This document shows positions 37,938 through 47,175 of a stretch of DNA of 64,000 nt, one piece after another (within the stretch, counting starts at the first letter, position 1; every line of letters starts with the position of its first letter). The notes under the pieces are model-generated. The model worked only from the letters and a program-made list of their open reading frames with translations, searched no databases and was not told the origin of the DNA. Location of the stretch: sequence record LC819005.1; one strand, given 5' to 3'. A program made the position numbers and the translations under genes.

Positions 37938-40103
37938 TCACGGAGTCGGCGTCACGTCGGTCGTGTCGAGCGAACCCGTAACGACCACCGGCACGCGCGT
38001 CTCGACCGTAGCCGGGATACCCGAGACGGTCAGGTGCAGCAGGATCGGCAGGTTCGTGATGTGGCGGAATGCCGGCTGAACCGTGAGTTCCTTGCTGTTC
38101 GCACCGTTACGGTGGATCGGCAGGACGACCGTGACTTCCGGCTTCCATGCCATGTTGCCGAACTGCAGCGGATGCGGAACGCCGTCGGCAGCACCCTTCA
38201 CGCCGAACGTGATGAAGATGTGACCGTGCATCTTTTCGTTCTGCGTGTCCACGATGAGGACTTCTTCGAAGCCACCACCGATGGTGCGCAGGTCGCCTGC
38301 AACCTGCAGGTAACGGCCGGTGACCTGGTCCGTACCGATGATGACGACCGGCTTCGCCGATTCGCCGCCAGCCAGCATGTCAGCAGCAGCCTTGTAGCCC
38401 GAGAGCTGGTACGCACGGAACACCATGTCGCGGATCACGTTGATCAGCGTTGCCTGGATGTTCGCAGCGAGTTCGGCGCTGTTACGCGTCTGAACCGTGC
38501 TGTCGACCTTCACTTCTTGCTCTTCGAAGTACGCCGTGATGAGGTGGCGGGCGATACCCAGCACCATCAGGTTGTCGCCCAGCGGACGACGGCCTTCTTG
38601 CACGAGCGCCTTCAGCGTGTCGGCTGCCTTGAACAGTTCGTCCACGGCCATGCCCGATGCCATTGCGCGGGTCAGCGTGACGAGCGAAGCCAGGTCGCTT
38701 GCGTCCGTCGTGTCGTTCAGGCCTTGCGGGCGCTTCACGGTGAACGGCGACAGCAGCGGCACGGCGTACGCCTGCACGTCTTGACGCGTTTCGAGCATCT
38801 GACCGATCGAGCGACGGTTCAGGTTGGTACGGCGAGCGTCGAGGTCGTAACCGATGACCTGTGCGTTGTTGAACAGCGCGACGATCGAAGCCATCGACGA
38901 GGACGTCGGCAGCAACACTTCACCCGAAGCGTCGATGATCTTGTCCACGCGAACCGGCGATGCGTTCAGTTCGGTATTGCCCTTGTCGCGAACGACCGAG
39001 CCCGTCACCGTCGTCTTGATGTAGACGACCAGGTTGCCGTCGACCACCGGCTTGAGCGTGACGAGTGCAGCGCCAGCAGCGGTGAGCGAAGCCGGCGTAA
39101 CCGACAGCGCGTCCGTTTCCATACGCACGTCCATGCGTTGCTGGTCGCCCTGGATCGGGTACACGAACTGCGAGCCCGGCAGGTGCGTCGTCGGGAACTT
39201 CAGCACGTCGTTGCCGACCTTCACGTACACGGCCTTCAGCAGGATGTCCGTGTCGATCGAATCGGTTTCGTCCATGTGACCTTGATCCAGCTGCAGATCG
39301 GTCTGCGACAGGTCGATCAGGTCGAACACCTTGTTCACGGCCAGCGGCGCGGTCGTGATCGATTCGCCGTTCACGTCTTGTTGCGACGTTGCGACGAGTG
39401 CCGGATCGACGAAGTATTGCGCCGTCGCGTCGGTCACGCGCGGAACGATGTGCGTCGACGTCGAGTTGATCAGACCCGGGTTGCGGATCACGTTGACGAT
39501 GTTGTGGCGGTTCCAGTTGTCCAGTTCGCCGGTGGCCTTACGGCGCACGCCGTTGATCAGGTTCACCAGGTTGATGTGGATGTGGTAACCTTGCTGGTCG
39601 GGAGCGACGACCACGGTCGGGTAGAACGCTTCGCCGAACGCGTCTTGACGCGCTGCTTGCAGGTTGTACGCAACCGTGTACACGGCAGCTGCACGGTTTT
39701 CCTTCTCGTCGTACGACTCCAGCGCCGGTCCGATACGGCCGATGCCGTTCGAAGCTGCCAGGCCGCCCACGACGTTCGACATGTCGCTGTTGCGCAGGAA
39801 TGCGCCGATGTCGCCGGAAACGGCGCCAGCGTAGACAGCTGCTTCGCGCTGAGCTGCGGTGAATTCGCCTTCGAGGCCAGCGACGACGTTGTTCAGGCCC
39901 GACAGGGTCGATGCGAGGTCAGCGGCCGAGACTGCGTCTTCGAAGCCTTCGAGGCCGAGCGCTGCACCCGAACCCTTGGCGGTATTCAGGCTGTCGCGAC
40001 CCGAGAGGCGCATTTGTTGTTCGACGGCGTCGATAGCTGCTTGCAGCGGCGTGGTCGATTGATGACCGTTGAAGCCGGCCATCAGTTTCTTCAGTTGAGA
40101 CAT
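37938..40103 (-). CDS. Major capsid protein (phiKZ gp120-like)
   Basis: 721 aa, extreme codon bias, propeptide with GLE/ALE sites, RQDAFGEAFYPTVVV motif. Confidence 0.88.
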   Translation of the reverse strand: MSQLKKLMAGFNGHQSTTPLQAAIDAVEQQMRLSGRDSLNTAKGSGAALGLEGFEDAVSAADLASTLSGLNNVVAGLEGEFTAAQREAAVYAGAVSGDIGAFLRNSDMSNVVGGLAASNGIGRIGPALESYDEKENRAAAVYTVAYNLQAARQDAFGEAFYPTVVVAPDQQGYHIHINLVNLINGVRRKATGELDNWNRHNIVNVIRNPGLINSTSTHIVPRVTDATAQYFVDPALVATSQQDVNGESITTAPLAVNKVFDLIDLSQTDLQLDQGHMDETDSIDTDILLKAVYVKVGNDVLKFPTTHLPGSQFVYPIQGDQQRMDVRMETDALSVTPASLTAAGAALVTLKPVVDGNLVVYIKTTVTGSVVRDKGNTELNASPVRVDKIIDASGEVLLPTSSSMASIVALFNNAQVIGYDLDARRTNLNRRSIGQMLETRQDVQAYAVPLLSPFTVKRPQGLNDTTDASDLASLVTLTRAMASGMAVDELFKAADTLKALVQEGRRPLGDNLMVLGIARHLITAYFEEQEVKVDSTVQTRNSAELAANIQATLINVIRDMVFRAYQLSGYKAAADMLAGGESAKPVVIIGTDQVTGRYLQVAGDLRTIGGGFEEVLIVDTQNEKMHGHIFITFGVKGAADGVPHPLQFGNMAWKPEVTVVLPIHRNGANSKELTVQPAFRHITNLPILLHLTVSGIPATVETRVPVVVTGSLDTTDVTPTP

Positions 40104-40150
40104 GGTTTTGTTTTCCGGAAAAGGATGTAATTACAGGATCGATCGGATCG

Positions 40151-40720
40151 TTAATGCATTAACGACTCGACGTAGGCCTGGCCCACGGGACGAGACACCA
40201 ACGCGTGGTAATCTTCATACACATAGAGCTGTTTGACCATACATCGAAGTAGCGCAAGCTGATTCTTCGCGTGCTCAACCAGGGTAAACCCTTGCTTCAG
40301 CTTCACCGCAATTGCCACGTCACCGGCCAGAGACACCTCAAAGGTATCCTTGGGACCTGTGTCGCCATACGGAGAAGGAACAACATCGGACTGCTCGATG
40401 ACCAGGCGGCGCAATGTCTCATCTTGCACTTTCTTATCATTCGCGAGGGCAGCAATGTCCTCAATAGCGCTTCTAACCCTAGCATCGCCGGACGGTACGC
40501 TGTCCAGCCAACGATAGTGAAACAGGACCGTATCGGGTCCGACGCCATTGCCGGCAAAAAAGTGAGCCACTTGGCTCAGTGCTGCGAGGCTCGTGAGGTC
40601 CTCAGTGGAAAAGAACGGACGAATCTTCTCATACGTGAGCAAATCCTCCGTCTTGAGGTTGTTACGCACCAAGACGGGAGTGATCCACCACGGAATGAAA
40701 GCGAACTGTTTCTCTTGCAT
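40151..40720 (-). CDS. Conserved protein upstream of MCP (phiKZ gp119-like)
   Basis: ATG at 40720 (MQEKQFAFIPWW) preferred over the longer ORF that starts at 40900. Confidence 0.65.
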   Translation of the reverse strand: MQEKQFAFIPWWITPVLVRNNLKTEDLLTYEKIRPFFSTEDLTSLAALSQVAHFFAGNGVGPDTVLFHYRWLDSVPSGDARVRSAIEDIAALANDKKVQDETLRRLVIEQSDVVPSPYGDTGPKDTFEVSLAGDVAIAVKLKQGFTLVEHAKNQLALLRCMVKQLYVYEDYHALVSRPVGQAYVESLMH

Positions 40721-40941
40721 ATAAATGGTGATGTTTTTACTGGAATAAATCCCAGTGCGGAATAGGGAAGTCGTCACAGTCGTACGCACCGCGACGACTG
40801 GCGGTGGTGTGAATGGCTGCTCAAATAATTGGTACAGTATTGGTAGTGATAAAAAACTCAACGTACCTTTTAGTATGCAGAGTCGGGGTAGCCCGACCAA
40901 CCTAATACCAACCCATCTAGAAGAACAGCCGTCAGTTCACC

Positions 40942-42477
40942 ATGAAAGATATTCTGCTCCTCATCCGTGCTATCACTTTGCTCTTCCGTGAAAGCCAGCT
41001 TGACATTGGTGCGACTTCCTCGCCCGAGATCGTAAAAGAAGTAGCAGATACCGTGAAGCCGCCCGAGATGGCGGTGGGCTCCAGCGACAATGACCGAGAC
41101 ATGGTCATGGGTCTGCGTGGCATGGCAGTATGGATGGCCTCTAATACAGAAGGCGCCAAGTACGTCGCTGATGACCTGTTGCAAAAGGTCCGGATGCTGA
41201 CCCGTCACGACGAGTCGCTCTACGACGCACTGAAAGAAGGCATCAGCGGTGAGATGCCTGAGACGGACCTGAAGATCATTACCGGCAACATCCGTCAGGA
41301 GCTGAACGCCTATCTCCGGGAAGTGCAGGCACTGAACATCATCAAAGAGAATTCCCGTAAGGCGTCGTTCAATCGGGAAGACATCGCTTCGATGCCGGAG
41401 TTCATTGCACAGTTCCGTGCACAACTGGAACAGTATGAAACCAACGTCAAGGAGCGTGATCCGGCGATCGTTGGTGAAGTGAAGCTCAGTGAAATGGATG
41501 CGGTCGAGGCAGTCTATCGACAGGCCAAGGAACTGAACAACGAAGCCGGTATCATGAAGACCGGCTGGCAAGCGCTCAACCGAATGCTCCAGGGCGGTTT
41601 CCGTCGCGGTGAAGAAGTGGTGGTGGGCGCGCTCCAGCACAACTTCAAGACGGGTTTCACGCTCTCGTTGTTCAAGCAGATCGCGCTGTACAACAAGCCG
41701 TACATGATCGACGAGAAGAAGAAACCGCTGCTGTTGCGAATCTCTTTCGAAGATCCCCTGTCATTGAACTTCCCGTTCCTCTACCGTAACATCAAGGAGA
41801 ACGAGACCCTCGAACACGCCAACGTGGTCAACACGCCGGTCGAGGAGATGTCGGCTTACATTCACGAGAAGCTCACGGTCAACGGCTACGAGATCATGCT
41901 CGTGCACGTCAATCCGTCGCTGTGGGGTTATCGTGACGTACAGAACTACGTCTTGCAGCTGGAAGCCGAAGGCTACGAAGTGCACATGTTGATGCTCGAT
42001 TACCTGAACATGCTGGATAAGCGTGGTCTGGATAATACGGGTCCGACAGGTTCGAACATTCGTGACCTGTTCCGTCGTATGCGTAACTTCTGCTCGCCGC
42101 GCAAGATCACGCTGATCACGCCGCATCAGTTGTCGACAGAAGCGAAGATGTTGATTCGTCAGGGTAACGAAGAGTCCTTTGTGCGAGACATCGCCAATAA
42201 GGGCTACTACGACTCCTGTAAGACGATCGACCAGGAAGTGGACTTGGAGTTGTATATCCACAAGGTGATTGCAGACGGGAAGTCCTGGCTATGCGTGCAG
42301 CGTGGCAAGCATCGTCTCATCCAACAGACCAAGGAAGAGTACAAGTACACCGTACTGCCTTTCGAGGACATTGGGGATATTCGAGACGACGTCAACGGAC
42401 CGGACTCGTCACGCAAGAAACCAGCGGGACCTGCTGAGGGAGAGAAGCCTGCGTTCTGGGATTTCGATCTCGTGTAA
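40942..42477 (+). CDS. dnaB: DnaB-like replicative helicase (phiKZ gp118-like)
   Basis: TGWQALNRMLQGGFRRGE, divergent Walker A GALQHNFKT, Walker B LMLDYL, TPHQL and QRGKHR. Confidence 0.9.
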   Translation: MKDILLLIRAITLLFRESQLDIGATSSPEIVKEVADTVKPPEMAVGSSDNDRDMVMGLRGMAVWMASNTEGAKYVADDLLQKVRMLTRHDESLYDALKEGISGEMPETDLKIITGNIRQELNAYLREVQALNIIKENSRKASFNREDIASMPEFIAQFRAQLEQYETNVKERDPAIVGEVKLSEMDAVEAVYRQAKELNNEAGIMKTGWQALNRMLQGGFRRGEEVVVGALQHNFKTGFTLSLFKQIALYNKPYMIDEKKKPLLLRISFEDPLSLNFPFLYRNIKENETLEHANVVNTPVEEMSAYIHEKLTVNGYEIMLVHVNPSLWGYRDVQNYVLQLEAEGYEVHMLMLDYLNMLDKRGLDNTGPTGSNIRDLFRRMRNFCSPRKITLITPHQLSTEAKMLIRQGNEESFVRDIANKGYYDSCKTIDQEVDLELYIHKVIADGKSWLCVQRGKHRLIQQTKEEYKYTVLPFEDIGDIRDDVNGPDSSRKKPAGPAEGEKPAFWDFDLV

Positions 42478-42549
42478 GTGTGAGGGACGGGGAAACCCGT
42501 CTCTTATGCCGCAATTTTATGGTACACCTGTACCTATCTGGAGCAACAC

Positions 42550-42966
42550 ATGCAATTCACTTTCTCGCTGGCTTCCCTGAAAGCCCTGATTACCAAGATC
42601 AAGGAAGACGCTCTCGTCTTGTGGTTTGCTCGTAAGCACGCCGATACGCCGTTCACCGCTAAGGTGCTCTGCGTGCTCGCAGTGGCCTATGGTCTTAGCC
42701 CCATCGACCTGATCCCGGATTTCATCCCGGTGATTGGCAAGCTGGACGACATGATCATCATGCCGGGTCTGATCTGGCTCGCGTACAAACTGTTGCCGGC
42801 CAAGGTCATCGAAGACTGCCAGCAACAAGCTGATGATTTCCTGGAAAAGCAACCGTCTCTGCCCACGAGCATTATGGGCATGATCACCGGTTCGTCGGCT
42901 TGGGTCGTAGCGGGCCTGCACTTCGTGCAGAAGTTCGTGCCGTTCCCGTTCAAATTGCCGTTCTAA
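42550..42966 (+). CDS. YkvA / DUF1232 family membrane protein
   Basis: AYGLSPIDLIPDFIPVIGKLDD is the family signature. Confidence 0.88.
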   Translation: MQFTFSLASLKALITKIKEDALVLWFARKHADTPFTAKVLCVLAVAYGLSPIDLIPDFIPVIGKLDDMIIMPGLIWLAYKLLPAKVIEDCQQQADDFLEKQPSLPTSIMGMITGSSAWVVAGLHFVQKFVPFPFKLPF

Positions 42967-42986
42967 GGCAAAAAAAAAGATAGCCT

Positions 42987-43031
42987 GACATAAGCGAGAG
43001 AGACCCGAAGGTCTCTCTCGCTCTTATGCCG
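42987..43031. terminator. Bidirectional terminator, copy 2
   Basis: Same 28-bp hairpin as 32422-32449, followed by TCTTATGCCG. Confidence 0.88.
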
Positions 43032-43400
43032 TTAGTTGAGGCGCATGTCAGGCACACCAAACTTCGCAGTCATGTGGTAGGTGTAATCCTTAAAGCGCTG
43101 GATGTGGCTGATCAAACAGTGGTCATCCGGATAACCCAGTTCACCTTTCGGACAAGCGCGGTTCGCTTCGAAAGGAATCGCCTGACGCTTGGCTTCTACC
43201 TGGGACTTGATCACCTGAGGAACCTGCTTAGACTGATCCACAGCGTACACGTAGTTGTCAGCCTGTTGGTACTCATTGCTGATCACCATCGACCAGCAAT
43301 TATCACGCTGAGCCTTGGAAGGCATCGTATCGCAGGTAGAAACCGCGAACGCATGAGAGGCCCACAGAGCGGTTACAAGAGCCAGGATATAGTTGCGCAT
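43032..43400 (-). CDS. Secreted protein with 4 Cys, LprI/DUF1311-like candidate
   Basis: Sec signal peptide ending ASHAFA; C-x10-C near the N-terminus and C-x10-C near the C-terminus. Confidence 0.6.
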   Translation of the reverse strand: MRNYILALVTALWASHAFAVSTCDTMPSKAQRDNCWSMVISNEYQQADNYVYAVDQSKQVPQVIKSQVEAKRQAIPFEANRACPKGELGYPDDHCLISHIQRFKDYTYHMTAKFGVPDMRLN

Positions 43401-43465
43401 GGCGAGAACTCCTTAGCGGCATAGAAGACGGCCTAAGCCGTCCTCTGTGGGTTTTACAGCGCCTG

Positions 43466-43873
43466 TTACTTGACGACCGAGAGGAAACCCTTACTAACCG
43501 GGCTTTTAGGAGTGTCTGACGACAGAGCAGGCGTTTCTGCTGCCGATGCTTGTGCAACCGGCAGTTCCGGGAAGGCCATTCCCTCACCCGTTTCACGGGC
43601 GTAGATGGCCAACACGCGATCGACCGGCACTTCGATCTTGAACATCTTGCCGGAGAAGCGAGCACTGAACTCGATCATCTCGTTGCCCATGTTCAACATG
43701 TTGGTGGCTTCACCGCTGATGTTCAGCGTGATCTGGCCATCCTTCACGTATTGCATCGGCACCCGAACGGTGTTGTCAACCAGCACCGTCATATACGGGG
43801 TGTGACCATTGTCAGTGCACCACTCGTGCAGCGCTCTCAGGAAGTACGGCTTGTTCGAAATGACCTTGCTCAT
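43466..43873 (-). CDS. sspB: Stringent starvation protein B (ClpXP adaptor)
   Basis: KPYFLRALHEWCTDNGHTPY, ITLNIS, FSARFSG, LAIYARETGEGMAF, and the C-terminal ClpX-binding LSVVK. Confidence 0.93.
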   Translation of the reverse strand: MSKVISNKPYFLRALHEWCTDNGHTPYMTVLVDNTVRVPMQYVKDGQITLNISGEATNMLNMGNEMIEFSARFSGKMFKIEVPVDRVLAIYARETGEGMAFPELPVAQASAAETPALSSDTPKSPVSKGFLSVVK

Positions 43874-44256
43874 CAGTCGCCTTTCTTAAGCTGAGCGTTA
43901 AGTTGATCCACGACCGACTGGACTTTCTTTTCATCCATATAGTCGTAGCCTTGCAGTGCATCGATGTGCACCTGAATCGCGAAGCCGAAGTCGCCATGAC
44001 CGTAGGTGACACGCTTCACGCTATAACCAGTAACCTTTGGACCAGGAGGCGGCGTACTTGCACCACCGCCTCCACCGCCCGTCGGCGGACAGGGAGCGCC
44101 ACCGCTGGCGCCGTTGCTGTTCGCAGGAGCCATACCGCCGCCGGCAAAGCCGACAGCGGGAATGCCAAAGCCATGCGCATTCAGGCCACCCGAGCCATTC
44201 GGGCCCATCGGCGCAACCGTACTGCCTGCGCCGTTACCGGGGAACTTGTCGCTCAT
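43873..44256 (-). CDS. Gly/Pro-rich hypothetical protein
   Basis: 127 aa, translationally coupled to the genes on both sides. Confidence 0.65.
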   Translation of the reverse strand: MSDKFPGNGAGSTVAPMGPNGSGGLNAHGFGIPAVGFAGGGMAPANSNGASGGAPCPPTGGGGGGASTPPPGPKVTGYSVKRVTYGHGDFGFAIQVHIDALQGYDYMDEKKVQSVVDQLNAQLKKGD

Positions 44257-44738
44257 CAGGCGCTCTTCCGCAGGATGTTTTCGAGTTCGACGATGTCGTC
44301 CAGGTCCTGTTCACGCTTGGCCTGCAGGCGGTCCGGGCGGTTAGCCAACTTCAGCTTCTGCTTGAGCAGCTCTTCCGGCGTATAGCAGCCGATGCCGCCA
44401 TACACGCCGATCTTGACGCCTTCCTGCAGTCCGCGATGCAGCGAGTATTCGCCGATGCGCAGGTATTCAACGCCAGCCGACTGCACGAGCGTCGCTTCCT
44501 TGTAGGTCTTGATGTAGTCGCCATTCGGTTCCAGAATGACGTCGATGCCGTCCTTGCACAGCTTGCGCTTCAGGCGGTCATACAGTTCAGCCGGGACGTC
44601 CAGATCCAGATCTTCGGTTTCCTTGCGCAAGCCGAGCATCACCAGCGCACCGCCGGCGGAAACGATGGCTTCCTTGATGGTCAGGCGATGCTGCTTACGG
44701 AAACGGTCGTATGCTGCAATGAAAGCGGATTTGTTCAT
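44256..44738 (-). CDS. Pol-beta superfamily nucleotidyltransferase-like protein
   Basis: SAGGALVMLGLRKETEDLDLDV is the GG-x-DxD motif of minimal NTases. Confidence 0.7.
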   Translation of the reverse strand: MNKSAFIAAYDRFRKQHRLTIKEAIVSAGGALVMLGLRKETEDLDLDVPAELYDRLKRKLCKDGIDVILEPNGDYIKTYKEATLVQSAGVEYLRIGEYSLHRGLQEGVKIGVYGGIGCYTPEELLKQKLKLANRPDRLQAKREQDLDDIVELENILRKSA

Positions 44739-44785
44739 GTTGTTTTGAAATCTCTCTAAAGATTAGGGGGTGGTACTGCAGGATG

Positions 44786-44803
44786 ATGATATGCGGTTGA
44801 AAA
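44786..44803 (-). promoter_or_regulatory. Putative early promoter
   Basis: Minus strand TTTTCAACCGCATATCAT, upstream of the NTase-SspB operon. Confidence 0.6.
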
Positions 44804-44808
44804 ATGAT

Positions 44809-44848
44809 AGCATAGAGAGGAGGGTCATCCCCTCCCTCTTTTATGCCG
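44809..44848. terminator. Terminator
   Basis: AGAGAGGAGGG-tcatc-CCCTCCCTCT flanked by GCATAG and TTTTATGCCG. Confidence 0.75.
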
Positions 44849-44850
44849 CT

Positions 44851-45618
44851 TTAAAACGATGAACGACGGCTGATGTTCAGCTCTTCCGTAGCCAGCGCCT
44901 GCAACAGATCCAGCTGCTCGGGCATGGCCACAACGTGCACGTGCTCCATCGCGCCGACCTGGAAATGTTCGGTTTTCAGGCTCAGAAGCAACGATGAGAG
45001 CATGATGTTCGGGAAGTGTTGGGTAAAGCGTTGCACGTAGTCCGACACCGACAGCATCGTAACAATCCCCGGCATCTCGGCAGCCATCATGAATTCCCAA
45101 CGCGGAACCGCCGCTGTCTTGAAAAACGGATCACCTTGATCGTTCTTCTCCGCAACGTGATAGCGAGCCACAACTTTGGCTGCCTCGCGCAGTTCAGTCA
45201 GCAGGTGCACTGCCTGGATCATCACGTGCTCGGCATTCTCAGTCTTGTCACTGAAGAGCTCGTAAGCCGCACCCAGATCAGTCATGTACTTGGTGAAGAA
45301 ATGCTCGATCTCAACGTTGATCTTCATGCACTCAAAGACACCCTCTACTGACAGAGACATCTGGCGCGTTGAGCTTGCCGCGAACAGTGGTGAGCTCAGC
45401 GGCGAGAGGCGTCGTGCTTTGTAGCCACGGATACCGTTGGGCTCCGAAGCCTGGACGTGCGCGCTGCCAGCGCCGACCGGTTCGCTTTCCGACGGACGGG
45501 CATCCGGTTCAACTGCGATCGGTTCAATCGAGCGCACTGGCGGCAATTCGCCAATTGCCTGTTCATTCATGGAGTCCATTGCGACTTCGGGGACATCGTG
45601 GCCGTCATTCGTAATCAT
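44851..45618 (-). CDS. Hypothetical protein
   Basis: 255 aa, AAAGGAAA RBS. Confidence 0.7.
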   Translation of the reverse strand: MITNDGHDVPEVAMDSMNEQAIGELPPVRSIEPIAVEPDARPSESEPVGAGSAHVQASEPNGIRGYKARRLSPLSSPLFAASSTRQMSLSVEGVFECMKINVEIEHFFTKYMTDLGAAYELFSDKTENAEHVMIQAVHLLTELREAAKVVARYHVAEKNDQGDPFFKTAAVPRWEFMMAAEMPGIVTMLSVSDYVQRFTQHFPNIMLSSLLLSLKTEHFQVGAMEHVHVVAMPEQLDLLQALATEELNISRRSSF

Positions 45619-45663
45619 CTTGTTTCCTTTATTGAGTTCAGTGGTGGTGGTGAATCAACAGCT

Positions 45664-46080
45664 TTAGTTCGGCAGCTTGCCTTCGACCAGATACGTCGCG
45701 ATGTCCGAGTGGATGTTCGCGATGTCACGACACATCAGGTTGCTCACCGGATGCTCTTTGGCCGCCATCGTCAATGCGCCCTGGTAGCTAATCGTGCGGA
45801 TCGTGGCGCCGTCCATCGTGCCGAATACTGCAACCTGCGTCCCGCCGTTGTCGTAAGCGATGTTGCTCAGGTGCACGATGCCGATGTCTTCAGCTTGCTC
45901 CGCCTTCTGATCCAGGAAGAACGAAGTACGGAACAGATTGCCTTCCACGCCGACGGGCTTCGCGTAGTTCGGGCGTGCAGTCTGCAAGCAGTCGGGATGG
46001 TCTTTCAGCATCGCGACGAGCGTCGCTGCGATGTTATCCACTGCTTCGGGTTGCTTGTACAGCTTGGTTGCGACTGCCAT
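45664..46080 (-). CDS. Hypothetical protein
   Basis: 138 aa, AAAGGAAA RBS, strong codon bias. Confidence 0.75.
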   Translation of the reverse strand: MAVATKLYKQPEAVDNIAATLVAMLKDHPDCLQTARPNYAKPVGVEGNLFRTSFFLDQKAEQAEDIGIVHLSNIAYDNGGTQVAVFGTMDGATIRTISYQGALTMAAKEHPVSNLMCRDIANIHSDIATYLVEGKLPN

Positions 46081-46170
46081 GATAATTTCCTTTCGTGGTG
46101 AGAAAGCGGAATAAAAAAGGCCAGGCCCGAAGACCTGACCAAGAGGGCACTACCTATTGCCCTGAGAGAC

Positions 46171-47175
46171 TCATGAATGCTTGCGTTCCAACTCTTCAAT
46201 CGCAAACTTTTCATGCAAGAGAACTGGCAGCGTGACATGCGAGAGCGTTTGCTGCTTACGCTTCAAGGTCAGGTTGGGCGAGGCGATCAACCGGTTCTTG
46301 ACCTCGTCAATGTACTCGTACACCCGCTGCAGACACGGGAAAGCAATCGTGGTCTTGCGATGCTTGTAGAGACAGTGCTCGCTGTAGGACTTGTTGTTGC
46401 AGAACGTCGAGACATGCATGGTGACGGTCTTGTCCTCGTGGATATGAGCCACATAGCGCAGCGTCAGACGACGCTCCGGACAGCACTCATAACCGAAGTA
46501 CAGATTAAGCTCAATGAGCTCTTTGTCATCCCGCGCATACTCGTCAGCCCAGTTCATCTTTTCGAGTCCAGCCAGGTCAATGATGTCCTGAACAAACTCG
46601 AACTTCAGATGCTTCTGGTAATTCGGGTTGGTCTTAAGCTTTAATGCCTCACCCAAATACTGACTGCATGCATCCAAGTCTTGCATACTTGGATTATCAA
46701 ATCGTGCGATATTCGAGTTGTCGATCGCTGTTTCGATCGCCACCTTGATCGCTGCGTAGTCTTGCACCACGCGTTCAATATAAGCGTCGTACGGCTCACC
46801 ATCAACCCGTGCCAGCGCTTCGGCCGTGCTCATGAGAGCGGGGGAGACCATATAGTCATCCACCAAGGACCGAGGCGTCAGTCCCAACTCACGACCGTTT
46901 TGAATCACCTTGCCGAGCAGCGTCGCACACAAACCGTGAACGGTAGAAGCCCGCTCAGCAGTTCGCAGCACGTGCTGGATATAGGCATGACCCGTGAGGT
47001 CTTTTCTGCCCATATGGACGATATACGCAAGTTCCAAACAGGTGTTGCGAAGATCCAGTAGGAAACGCTCCGTATTGCGCGCTGTTTTATGCGATTCCTG
47101 CGCTTTCGTTTTCAGCGTTTGCAAGGCCGCGTGCTGTTTCTCCAGTGGAGTCTTCTTTACATCCGAGAGCATCAT
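46171..47175 (-). CDS. HD-domain (RelA/SpoT-hydrolase-like) protein, degenerate active site, with C-terminal extension
   Basis: RKDLTGHAYIQHVLR and GEPYDAYIERV...DNSNIARF match small HD hydrolases, but ALLHDVVED appears as TLLGKVIQ. Confidence 0.65.
   Translation of the reverse strand: MMLSDVKKTPLEKQHAALQTLKTKAQESHKTARNTERFLLDLRNTCLELAYIVHMGRKDLTGHAYIQHVLRTAERASTVHGLCATLLGKVIQNGRELGLTPRSLVDDYMVSPALMSTAEALARVDGEPYDAYIERVVQDYAAIKVAIETAIDNSNIARFDNPSMQDLDACSQYLGEALKLKTNPNYQKHLKFEFVQDIIDLAGLEKMNWADEYARDDKELIELNLYFGYECCPERRLTLRYVAHIHEDKTVTMHVSTFCNNKSYSEHCLYKHRKTTIAFPCLQRVYEYIDEVKNRLIASPNLTLKRKQQTLSHVTLPVLLHEKFAIEELERKHS

Noticed and set aside
4237-40130. Very long antisense or alternate-frame ORFs (for example 4237..5763+, 20946..22577-, 29336..31375-, 32642..34021+, 34747..36528+, 37905..40130+)
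   Set aside because: They are shadows of strongly codon-biased real genes. They lack RBSs, have R/H/V/Q-skewed composition and show no motifs.
40942-42477. Intein in DnaB, UvsX or the RNAP subunits
   Set aside because: Lengths are ordinary for this group, and there are no C/S...HN splice junctions or LAGLIDADG motifs.
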